From positions 77,004,001 through 77,068,000 of the forward strand of contig OX597814.1 in assembly GCA_951406725.2 (NCBI GenBank): a DNA stretch of 64,000 nucleotides. The letters are read 5' to 3'. Shown here piece after piece: positions 27,007 through 39,240 of the stretch; the first letter of the stretch is position 1, and every line of letters begins with the position of its first letter. The notes under the pieces were generated by a model, which worked only from the letters and a program-made list of their open reading frames with translations, ran no database searches and was not told the origin of the DNA. Origin of the DNA: Octopus vulgaris (taxonomy: Eukaryota). A program made the position numbers and the translations under genes.

Positions 27007-27183
27007 TTTTTTTCTCTCCTTGTTTCTCTCCGTGTTTCTTTTCTGTGTATCTTTCTGTTGAAGAGCGTAGGCTCGAAACGTAAAAGACTTGTTTTATTCA
27101 TATTCCTGAGCGCCATACTAATAAAATTGTTTGTTTGTATTCCACCTGCCTTCGTCTTTTGTTTATTTTCATAAACCTTCCCG

Positions 27184-27186
<3 letters not shown>
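27003..27186 (+). mobile_element. Short non-coding Penelope-type terminal repeat with minimal type-I hammerhead (27050-27087)
   Basis: TCTTT CTGTTGA A GAGC-gtag-GCTC GAAA CG TA AAAGA: stem I TCTTT/AAAGA and palindromic ACGT stem III. Same element at 37921-38100 (-), 51411-51581 (+) and 59240-59390 (+, diverged). Confidence 0.8.
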
Positions 27187-27237
<51 letters not shown>

Positions 27238-28091
27238 CTGGGGAGAGTCATTCTCTTTTGGTGCCTTATTATATAACACACTCGCCGTTTCAATTTCCAC
27301 TCATTTAGTTATTTATTTTTTCAAAAATATTCATTGCATTTTGCAACTTTTTCAATTCGGTCCTATAGACATCCTATTTTTATATAGATAGTTCTTCTCA
27401 GTTATCTAAAAGAATTTCTAATCATTACTCTACATTTAGCGATAGGAATAAATGTAACAGTACAGGGCTTAGTAAATTAATTTGGTATCTAAAAGACCAT
27501 AATAAACAATTTAATTTAGATTGGCTATTTTTCTCCTTTTCGTTCCCTTATGATAAAGGCATGAAATTCTGTCTCCTCCGTAATTGTAATCCATTTTTTA
27601 TTCTTTTTTCTGAAAGTCCTTTTGTAAACACGGTTATAGAGCGTGTTTACCGATGTAAACATTAGAAGAAACACCCCTTTAATTCATATAAGTGATATCT
27701 ACCATTATATATAATTTAAACATTGATTTTCTTCTTACATTTCACTTCCACTAGATATATATTTAGGGTTTTATTTAATTTGCAAATCTTTCTATACTAC
27801 TCATTTATTTGGTTTCTGATTTTTTCTTTCCTTTACCCATCCTCTTTCTATAGGCTACCTTTGACGTTATATTTTCTACCGTTTTTAAAAAAAACTAATA
27901 GCGCTCAGTTCATCACTATACATATCCATATTCTGTTAAAATGTCTTATTGACGAGTTTTATTTCTTCATTTCCCTGAGGAAAAGATTAGATTGTTTCAC
28001 ACCATTTTATTCCTTTGGAATAATACCAATAACATCTTCGAAATATGTGTCGGAAGTAAAAGAATTTGAATAATACCTGCGTTTAAATCCG

Positions 28092-28125
<34 letters not shown>

Positions 28126-28215
28126 TAGGTATGTATGTATATATATTTATATATAGATTTCAAACATGTTCGTTGCATCTTGCAACCTTTTCAATAGTCG
28201 TTGACTCTCTCTATC

Positions 28216-28269
<54 letters not shown>

Positions 28270-28298
28270 TGTGTGTATGTGTATGTGTGTGTGTATAG

Positions 28299-28700
28299 AT
28301 TAGAGAAGAACCACCATGTAGCAATTCAACAATGATAAAACAATGATATAATTAAATCATAGCATATAGAAAAATTGTTTTTAAAAATTAAATATACGAT
28401 AAAACATATACCAATAATTAAGTAATTAATTATTAATTAGTAATTAATTAATTATTTATTTTACCAGTTATACGCTATTTATTTATTATTTTGTACTTAA
28501 TTATTGGTATATGCCTTATGGTATGTTTAATTTCTATATGGTATGATTTTATCATATCATTGTTATATCATTGTTGAATTGCTACATGGTGCTTCTTCTC
28601 TAATTTATATACATATATTATATATTGTGAAATTTGATTTAGTATTACTAAATTGAATTTTTCCCTGTAATTTTGGAATACTATTCCCTAACATTATAGA
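28299..28700. repeat. Fold-back inverted repeat of a Penelope-like terminus
   Basis: attagagaagaaccaccatgtagcaattcaacaatgata... (from 28299) mirrors ...tatcattgttgaattgctacatggtgcttcttctctaat (to 28603). The downstream tail ttttccctgtaa..ttgga..tattccctaa matches 38975-39010. Confidence 0.75.
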
Positions 28701-28711
28701 TATATATATAT

Positions 28712-29107
28712 ACAACACTCGCCAACCACATACATCATCTCAAAAATACAAATATACCCTATACTCTATCATGGTCCATTCTGGACTCAGGGCTTCCCTG
28801 CCGAGGTCAACGCTCTACCTGCAAATTTTGCCTGAAGGAGGCACTTCACATATTAAAACACAACTGTCCAGCACTGCTAAATAAACGTAATGAGATTCTA
28901 AGCACATGCAACCACCGCTTCTTTCACTCATTCAAATTCTAACACAAAGGAGTGGCTGTGTGGTAAGTAGCTTGCTAACCAACCACACGGTTCCGGGTTC
29001 AGTCCCACTGAGTGACATCTTGGGCAAATGTCTTCTGCTATAGCCCCGGGCCGACCAATGCCTTGTGAGTGGATTTGGTAGACGGAAACTGAAAGAAGCC
29101 TCTCGTA

Positions 29108-29152
<45 letters not shown>

Positions 29153-30579
29153 TTGTGTGTCTGTGTTTGTCCCCCTAGCATTGCTTGACAACCGATGCTG
29201 GTGTGTTTATGTCCCCGTCACTTACGGTTCGGCAAAAGAGACCAATAGAATAAGTACTGGGCTTACAAAGAATAAGTCCCGGGGTCGATTTGGTCGACTA
29301 AAGGCGGTGCTCCAGCATGGCCGCAGTCAAATGACTGAAACAAGTAAAAGAGTAAATACAAATGCCTAAACGACCATACAGTATATTTCCAAAATACCCC
29401 TTAGGTAACCCCAATAACCTTATAAATCTACATTTTAACTCCTAATCCCTATCTTATTCCTCACTCATACTCGAATATCACAACCATCTAATTATATTCG
29501 TATGTATATGCGTGCTTGAATAAGTGCATGTATATGTATGTGTGTGTATGCGTGTATGTAATATGTGTGTATGTGTGAATGTATGTATGCAAGGTATATA
29601 TACCTGCGTGTACAGGGGCGATAATACATACAGATACACGTATATATAGGTGTGCATGTGTACATTTACATATGAGTACGAGTTGTATATGTAGATATTG
29701 ATATGTATAAACATCTACATAAATATATATATACATGTCTAATATATACATATGTATACATCTTCACATATGCATTTTCTTCTACTACTAAGCACTGACC
29801 TGTCCAACCACCTGATCTATATTCCTAAATTATTCATTCCATACTACTACCCTCTCTCTGCCCCATCACCTACACTATATCACTACATAACTGACAGTCC
29901 TTTACTTTTTATACCTCTCTCTATCACCTCCATTCCGTCTATCTTTTTACATTCTAATACATTTCTCTCTCTATCACCTTCATCTCCCCATTCCTACTTT
30001 CGAATTATCTTGACTGACCACTAACTGGTACAATTTCCCTTATTATCTCTCTCCTTATTTTTCTTTTTGATTTTTTTCTTTCTTTTTTTATTCCTCTCTT
30101 CCTGTTTATTTCTTCTTTTTTTTCTTCGCTTTTTCTCTTTTTCTCTTTTTTTCTTTTCCTCATTCCTCACTTCCCGTTTTCGATTTGACCTTACAAATAC
30201 ATTCCCTACTTTTAGATCATTTTAAATAAAACCCCTGATTCAATAGCACTGTGTACAAACACTATACTTGGAATGACCAATTTTAAATATTATTGGATTT
30301 TACTCATAAAGTATTGAAATCTTATATGTACACCATTCTGTCTAAATAATAGATATACAAATTCAATATCACTGCATATCTCACATCTATATCCATTCCT
30401 CTACTTCACTATCTATTTCGTATCTTATTTAAATTAAGTATTTCTTAAACATTTTCTCACACCATCTTCGATGAAGGGATATAATAAATATACTGGAAAC
30501 AGCTGTAAGGCTTTCTATTTATAAATGTTCTAAAATCCTCACAGCGTTGGTTTTTATCTCATCCTCAAAAACTTTTTTT

Positions 30580-30580
<1 letters not shown>
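28712..30580 (+). mobile_element. Penelope-like element 3' part (C-terminal ORF remnant, long 3' UTR, terminal hammerhead-like motif), interrupted by a SINE
   Basis: 28712-28920 reads TTLANHIHHLKNTNIPYTLSWSIL..CKFCLKEALHIL..LLNKRNEILSTCNHR (PLE C..C..E..LNKR.E..S.C.H motif). 30465-30510 reads tcttCGATGAaggg...GAAACAGCTGTAagg. Confidence 0.75.
28948..29354 (+). mobile_element. Near full-length tRNA-derived SINE
   Basis: Nearly identical to 20523-20943, with A and B boxes and a GTAAAAGAGTA tail. Confidence 0.92.
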
Positions 30581-30629
<49 letters not shown>

Positions 30630-30783
30630 TAAGGAAATAATTTTATTCTCAAACACAGGTTTATTCTAATAATATAGCCTGAACAGGATAAACTATATAT
30701 ATTTTGCAGAAAAATCTGTCGGAGGTAGATTGTTTGTTGACTTTCAACGCGAGTTGAATTTAACATATGTGTGTGTGTGTGTT

Positions 30784-30819
<36 letters not shown>

Positions 30820-30998
30820 CGTGTGTGTGTGTGTGTGTGTGTGTACACTATATATACGCATATATAAATATATACATGCACATATATTCATACATATGTA
30901 TATATTACATACATTCACACATGTATACAAATACATCTATCTATGCATATATTTATACACACACACACATACATACATACACACGTATATTTACATAC

Positions 30999-31043
<45 letters not shown>

Positions 31044-31049
31044 ATACAT

Positions 31050-33060
31050 GATTGAAGTCGAGTCTTGACCGAATAAGACCACGTTTTAAACCTATTTCAC
31101 TTTAATAAAGATCTGACGTTTGGCCTCCCCATCGCTGAATGCATCTCACATTGCTCCGAAGCCTTGCAAAGGATATACAAAGTTATTCCACATCGACCAC
31201 GTCATCCCCAGCAGCAGCAACATGACCATCTGAATACGGGGACCTTCAATGCTGAGTGACTCCACTAGCCGAGCAGCAGTTTGTGACACGCTGGGTGCAC
31301 GAGAGATCGTGCTGAATATCACATTGGAAGACAGGTGTCAAACGTGTGAATTGAGTTGCCTCGTCTTTGAGAAGCAAATAGGACCACACCGATCACATGA
31401 AAGATACTCTTTTGTGCCCTTCTTAGGGAGAAAGTTCACGTCCGCCATATATTTACCTACATGTTTCAACTCAGTGTGTGCAACCGTGATATTCTCGAAA
31501 TTTTTAACACCAATAGCAATCAGATTTCTCCACAGCTCTCAATCTGATCTTTACAGGCTTTAGTATTGATATTGATCTTATCGAGTATGCCCTTACGATT
31601 GCTTTTGAAACGCTTGTGTGGCTTGAAGAGTGGAAGTTTTCTTTGCCCCAGCTCACGGCACAATACCTGCTTTGGCATGTGGGTGTCCTTTAAACGGACA
31701 AGATAACCAGACCATCTAAGTTGGTGTCTCATAATCATGGGCTCGATACTCATCATTTTCGCCAGCTGTGGTACCCTCGTATTAGGCACATGAGATCGAT
31801 ACGAAATCTTCGGGATATTATGCTATCATTGTTGTGAAATCGCTCGAAACGTTACATATGCCTGCACTAGGTTGTTCACGTCTCATATCTATACAACAGT
31901 ACAGTTAAGACAAATGCATGATAAACCTCAACTTTCATTGTAGCTTTGATGTTTGAGTGCGACTTGAACTTCAAGCTTTCCAAACGCATCACAGACCTTA
32001 GAATGTTTATAACTGACCTTTTTGTCAAGTGTATTAAATCTAGATAGTGAGCTACCAAGGTAGACATATGTATCAATGACTTTTAACTTTGTATCCTTGA
32101 TGTATATTGATGGTGGAATATATGGTTTACTTTGTGCTGGTTGTAGCATGGTTGCGGTCTTCTTCAGACTGATTGTAAGTCTAAGTTGATCATACGCAGC
32201 TAGACGATATTGCTATCATCAATGTAAAGGAGATTATGAATAAGAGTCATGGAAGTTTTTGTTACTGCAGTAAAATGACGGACGAAGAAAATCTATCCTC
32301 TTTTACGGTAACGAAAGTAGATACCAATATCAATATGCGCAAAAGTTTTCAAGATAACAATAGCAAAGAAGATGGCGAACAAACTAGGGGCCAGGAATCA
32401 TCCTATTTAACACCAGATTCAACTAAAATGGGTTCTAGTGATACACCATTGACGCAAACGTAAGCTTTCGTGTTGTCAGGAAAAGATCGAGTGAGTCCTG
32501 TGATCTTTTATGGATACTCCAAAGAACTGGCCTATATACAGTGTTAAAGGCTTGGTAAGATCCATGAAACACTGATACGGATCGAATTGTTGTTCTCTGC
32601 ACTTCTCTTGATCTTGTTGGGCTGTAAAGATCATATTCATTGTATCTCGATTTGACTGAAAGTCACATCAGATGCAGCATGATCCAGCAACTGAACAACT
32701 GACAACAGGGAGATCCAGCAGTAGTTATCACATATGTCTTAGGTTCCTTTCTTAAACAAAGAAACAAGAATGACATCTTTCCACTTTCATAATATTTTGC
32801 TTCTTATCAATACTGGGTGAAATATGGTCGATAAAAGTCCTAGTATCTCACCACCATCTTTCTGAAGTTGCTCAACAACAATACCATTATTCCTGGGGAC
32901 TTTTCTGGTATTTATCAGTTTTACAGCTACCTTTATTTCCTCATTAGTGGATGGATCATTAAAGTAGTACAGCATTCACAACATCTTGCAGCCTGTTTAG
33001 AAGCACTTTGCATAAACCTTTACCAGGCACTGACAGCAGTGTGATCCCCCATCAGTTATT
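31050..33060 (-). mobile_element. Decayed RTE-clade LINE (RT to 3' end)
   Basis: Minus-strand fragments RQEKCREQQ, FMDLTK, GVK*DDSWP.LVCSP, ISLKKT..M.QP, YVYLGS.LS, VLLY.YET, QLRWSG.LVR..D..MPKQVL..EL. Confidence 0.85.
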
Positions 33061-33169
33061 GTTTGGTATGTATATTCTAAAATGTCAATCCTGAGCCCGG
33101 AAATTGGACCAGCAATCCAATCCCGTTAAATAGAAACACCTATAGAAACAGCAAAAGCAAGCCAATCGC

Positions 33170-34118
33170 GAAAGCTACGTGAAGAAGATAACAATGGAAA
33201 TGATTCAACAATGTCTGACTCTAATGAAAGCGAAGTGGAAGTTAGGGCCCGAAGTGCCAAATTCTGAGCACCAAAAGTATTAACAAACCCAGGTACATGG
33301 AACGTACTAACATTGTATCAATGTGGGAATAAATAGAAAAACTGATGAGAGAATTCAACGAGTTCCAACTAAACATCTTCGGAATCAATGAGATATGATA
33401 GAGCGGAAATGGAAAACAATGCAAAGATGGAAATAAATAATAATTTACCCTGGTCTTGAAGATCAACATAGCCTTGCAATGGGCATGCTACTGGACAAAT
33501 AGGTCACTTATGCACGCATTCGATGGAAACAATTCATTGATTGCATCATCACAGCTCATTTCAGTCTAAACACACATAAGTAAGCATCATGTATGCGCCA
33601 ATAGAAGATGCACTAGACACTGACAAACGTGATTTCTATGAACAACTACAATACATTTTCAATAATAGCCCTATAAAATATAAATGGGTCATCTTAATGC
33701 ACAAATCAACCAGAACAGGCAAGGCGTCGAGATTTCTTGGATCATTTGGATCAGCAGAGAGAACAAATGACATTGGAGAGCGGATATTACCTTTCTGTAG
33801 CATGAAAGGCATCAGCATCGGAAATACATATATCAAACACGAAGCTATACACAAGAAAACATGAAGATCGCCAGACGGAGTCACCAACGACTAGGTTGAT
33901 AATATATGTATCAGTCACCACGGGGGATCATCCTCAAGCCAGGGCATGCAGAAATGAAGACATAGGATTAGGCATTCAAACATCAAAGCAATATCAGACA
34001 GCACTAAGATGCAGGTTCCAGCAACTCCAAAAACGGAACTTCACGTAGAGGAACTTTGGAATACCTTCAGAGAAACAGTGATAAAGACGACAGAAGAAAC
34101 AATAGGAAGAAGAGGATC

Positions 34119-34163
<45 letters not shown>

Positions 34164-34720
34164 ATTGGATCCAAGAAACAATATGGGATATTATAGATAC
34201 AAAAAAGTAAGAACACCAGAGAAATAGTAAATACAGAGGAAAAATGGAAAAGTATGATAAAGAACAGCAAGATCATAACCGATTGGTAAAACGAAGTTGT
34301 CATACTGGCAGAAAAGCCAGGCTAGACACAGAAGGCACAGAGGCAGAAGAAGCAGCCATTTGAAATGATCCAAGAATTCTATACAGCATGGTATTAAAGC
34401 TGTGTGGAGCAAAGAGAAGCTCAAACATACCAGTGAAGGATGAACAATGAAGGATTTTGCTGACGACAGAAGAACAAGATGGATTGAATATTTCTGAAAG
34501 ACATTAAGTTAACCAACTCCGAGAAAACTGTACAACTTGGACCAAGAAAATGATAAGATGGAGAGCGAAGAGATTAGAAAATCAATCAAGTTAACAAACA
34601 ACAAAGCTGCTGCATTGGATGAAATCACCACATAAATGCTCAAACACGGTGGGAACACTGTAGTGGCCGAAATGGGAAGTTTAATGAATCGTTGCTGGTG
34701 AGAGCAGAAAGTAAGAGGGA
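33170..34720 (+). mobile_element. Decayed LINE, APE endonuclease through start of RT (RTE-like)
   Basis: GTWNVLTL, FGINEI, YAPIEDA..DKRDFYEQL, ISIGNT....IHKKT, NNKAAALDEI. Many stops and an internal (GA)n. Confidence 0.8.
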
Positions 34721-35271
34721 GTTGACTTACCTTTTATTCATTGATGAATTATTATTGAAAGATTTTTTCATTTGTCTTGAAGATTGCTCAAACCCCTTTC
34801 GTATTACTTTATAGCTTTAAATATGATTCGCTGAGCGTAATGAATTATACGTTATTATTTATTGTAGATTCATGAGAATTAAATGAACTAGGGGTAGTGT
34901 TGACCAGCATGTCTCATTAAGAACAGAAACTGATACACGGAAGGATTTTTTTGTAAAAATATATTCAACAAAAGGGAGTAAAACATTGGCATGCCTCTTG
35001 TGTCTACGTAGGTATGACTGTAGCTTTCTTTCAACTTCTGTGAATATGGGATGAAATGCTTCACTGAATATGACATGAAATATACTAGAAATATTGTTTC
35101 TCAACGTTGAATCAACTTTAAATTTCACTTAAGTTTACAGATCGTGTTTCATTTCAAACATTCGATATTAATTTGTAAATCTAAGGAACTGAAATCGAAA
35201 TAGTTTGCATGTATGTATGTATGTATGTATGTATGTATGTATGTATGTATGTATGTATGTATGTATGTATG

Positions 35272-35365
<94 letters not shown>

Positions 35366-35384
35366 AAATCAAGACAATCAACAA

Positions 35385-37208
35385 GAATATTAACGGTAAT
35401 TTGGTACGATCGTTTCGCACTACATCATTTTTTTAAATGTTGTAAATATTACAACAGTTTTAAAATGCTGAGCACTCATCAGCCATTAATAGAGGTTTTC
35501 CATTAATACATAATTTTCATATCAAGTGATAGCATTATAGAGAAGGTAGATACATAGACAAAGATGTGGATTTAAATTTTAAGAACGTTTAAGGTAGTGG
35601 AGTTTATCAACTGACTGAATAATATTCAGTTGCTATGAACTGCTAGAAGGTTCTTAGAAGAATAGAAAAATGAAAAGAGACAAGAAAGATTTTCTATTTA
35701 TAGAAATAGGGGTGAAATGGATGTCAAAGTTCCATATAAAGAAATTTAAGTAGTTAGAAAAGGGTTGTCACATTACAATGCCGTTTACTACTATTCGGTA
35801 AACAGATTTAGCATTAGGAAAACTAGGTTAATGTCAAATGGTTATAGAGAATGCAGAGATTTTTATAAAACTAATATGCATCAACATTATAATTAGCTGA
35901 TAGGTTCTGAGTATTTTGATACGTTGGATTAAAGGAGAAATTATAGATATAAAATTTATTCAGTTTAGAGAAAAGTCTATCACTTATTATGAGTAGGTAT
36001 AAAACTTATTAATTGGGGATAAAAGTCTTATTAATCAAGTGAATATATTCGGGGTCAAAACTATATAATAGGAAAAATGGAAGAGGAGAAATCAAAGAAG
36101 AAAGGTATTCGTAGGTTTAGTGGAAGGTGATTTAATAATATGAAGAGAAGTAATTTAGAAGAGTAAATTATTCAGATTTCATAGATAGTGAGTTGTTATT
36201 AATGAATTAAAATATAGAATCTGTTGGAAATAATATTTACTACCCGCGGAGAAAGGTTAATTAGTTAGGTAAAACTATCTTAGGTTAATTATATATTAAG
36301 AAATGGAAGTGAGATAATCAAGGTGAACCGAATAGTTTCCTTAGGGACACAGAATTTATACTATTTAGTATTGGAGAATAAAAAAAAATGAAGAATTTAA
36401 TTCTAAGTTTGCAATGAAGTTTTTTAGTAATCTATGTATGTTGAATTAAAAACCAGTGTGGCATATTCGTTCTTATTTGGCTATAGAGAATTAAAATTTG
36501 AAAAATTTAGGAGTATTCACAATATTATTATTTAAAATATTTAAACGTACGGGTTGTGCGATGTATGCAAGATGCTCCTAGCTCCGAACGGTTATTTAAC
36601 AGATTTGTATGACGCCGATGTTTTTAAATTTCATATGTTTCCATAGAACAAAGTTGACAACCATCCCTACTTTTTATAAGGCCGTGCTTTTCTTACTATA
36701 TCCCATTTCTGGTTGAATTCTATATTATTCGTTTTTAGTTCCCAAATTTTGTTAGACAATGTTGTTCAACCTGCTTTGTGTTTGAGCCTAAAGGAGGAAA
36801 AATGATTGTTTAAACGTTTTTTTTAAATCTACCGAACAACCGAAATAAAGATAGTTGTTATTTGAAGTTATTATTGTACATTTATAATTCACATTTTGGA
36901 CCGAACGACGACAAGATACCGGACATTTCGATCTAATCCTACAATTACAACTACGGGGATAATTTCCAGTACTAGTATTATTTAAGGACAGTTCATTTTC
37001 ATTTCTGTTATTTAAGTTGTTATTAGTATTAGTGTTATTTTCTCTAATAGTAGTTTCATTGTTATGCAAACTAGGGTTACTAGTTATTAATCCATCCACA
37101 TTATCATCACCTACTACACTTTTATCTATACTACCTATATTATTGATGTTGTTATTATCACTATTTGTATTAATGTTGTTATTATTACTTTTATTATTAT
37201 TATCATCA

Positions 37209-37275
<67 letters not shown>

Positions 37276-37795
37276 GGGCTGCGTGTTGTGTTCTTGAGCA
37301 AGGCACTTTATTTCACGTTGCTCCAGTTCACTCAGCTGTAGAAAAGAGTTGCGACGTCACAGGTGCCAAGCTGTATCGACCTTTGTCTTTCCCTTAGATA
37401 ACACTGGTGGCGTGGAGAGGGAAGGCTGGTATGCATGGGCGACTGCTGGTCTTCCATAAACAACCTTGCCCGGACTTGTGTCTAGGAGGGTAACTTTCTA
37501 CGGGCAATCCCATGGTCACTCATGACCGAAGGGGGTCTTTACCCTTTATTATTATTAATATTATTATTATTATTATTATTATTGTTATTATTATCATTAT
37601 TATTATCGCTATTTTTATTATTATTATTACTATTATTGTTGTTGTTACTATTTATTCTATCTCTAGCTAACTTAATATCTTTGCTATTAAGTCTAGCTAT
37701 TATGGCAGCCATATTTGGGAGAGTAGAATATGATATTCTTACTGATTTGTTAGAGAAATTGTTTTATAATATTTATGGTAGGCTGGGATAGAAAA
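35385..37795 (-). mobile_element. Penelope-like element (GIY-YIG ORF remnant with poly-Asn tract and long AT-rich 3' UTR), interrupted by a SINE
   Basis: Minus strand reads SNKSVRISYSTLPNMAAIIARLNSK (about 37755-37680), then (AAT)n, then CNCRIRSKCPVS...NVNYKCTII...YLYFGCS (ORF 36788-37306). A terminal degenerate hammerhead tgatgtagtgcGAAACGATCGTA lies at 35403-35428. Confidence 0.8.
37275..37548 (+). mobile_element. 5'-truncated SINE, third family, inserted into the (TTA)n tract
   Basis: gttgtgttcttgagcaaggcacttta...ccagttcactcagctgta is a central-domain SINE motif. Ends gggggtctttacccttt and is flanked by (TTA)n on both sides. Confidence 0.65.
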
Positions 37796-37803
37796 AAACT
37801 TCC

Positions 37804-37840
<37 letters not shown>

Positions 37841-37871
37841 ATTTATATATATATATATATATGTATATATA

Positions 37872-37920
<49 letters not shown>

Positions 37921-37923
<3 letters not shown>

Positions 37924-38630
37924 CGGGAAGCTTTATGAAAATAGACAAAAGACGAAGGCAGGTGGAAAACAAACAAACAATTGTATTAGTATGGCGCTCA
38001 GGAAATATAAATAAAACAAGTCTTTAACGTTTCGAGCCTACGCTCTTCAACAGAAAGATACACAGAGAGAAAAAAAACACAGAAAGAAGGAGAGAAAAAA
38101 ATGCGTGCAGTAACTAACGAATCAACATGGCGATCTGATTTCGGCCAGAGGTAAAAGATCAAACATGAGACGCGAGAGCGAAATAAGGGGAGATAATAGG
38201 GTTGATAATAGGGTTGAATGACCAGCTATTAGTGCGTAGGAGAGGTCTGGACGTGTGTATGTATAGGGTTGGTGTATGTATTAGTATTATTAGTATGTAT
38301 AAGGGTGTGTGTATGAGAGAGTATTAGTGCGTAGGATAGGTCTGGACGTGCGTATGTAAGGGGTTGGTGTATGTATTAGTATGTATTAGTATGTATCAGT
38401 ACGTATTAGTATGTATAAGTGCGTGTGTGTGTGTATGAGAGAGTATAAGTGTGTATGAGGGGTCTGGACGTGTGTATGTATAGGGTTGGTGTATGTATTA
38501 GTATGTATTAGTATGTATTAGTACGTATTAGTATGTATTAGTTGGTGTATGTATTAGTATGGCACATCATATATGAAGTGATGTGTAAAGTCGTGTGGTG
38601 TAGTGAGGAGAAGAGGGGGAGGGGGAAGAA
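37921..38630 (-). mobile_element. Penelope-type non-coding repeat with minimal hammerhead (38021-38058) and an internal three-copy minisatellite
   Basis: Reverse complement TCTTT CTGTTGA A GAGC gtag GCTC GAAA CG TT AAAGA. The unit ggtctggacgtg(t/c)gtatgta..gggttggtgtatgtattagta occurs at about 38244, 38339 and 38461. Confidence 0.75.
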
Positions 38631-38636
38631 GATATA

Positions 38637-38936
38637 TATATTATATTAAATTAGAGACAAAACCACTATTAGGCAAATCAAACAATGAAAAACTTAAGCC
38701 AATACATATGATTAATTTATATTATTTAAATATATAACAAAATTATTAAAAAAATATAATTAATATCACACTACGATCGTAGCAGGCATGAAACGATCGT
38801 AGTGTGATATTAATTATATTTTTTAAATAATTTTGTTATATATTTAAATAATATAAATTAATCATATGTATTGGCTTAAGTTTTTCATTGTTTGATTTGC
38901 CTAATAGTGGTTTTGTCTCTAATTTAATATAATATA
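38637..38936. repeat. Near-perfect fold-back hairpin (about 144-bp arms, 12-nt loop)
   Basis: 38637-38780 is the reverse complement of 38793-38936 with about one mismatch. Loop is agcaggcatgaa. Confidence 0.95.
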
Positions 38937-38973
38937 ATACTTTACTATAAAATTGGATTCAAACCTAAATCTC

Positions 38974-39238
<265 letters not shown>

Positions 39239-39240
39239 AT

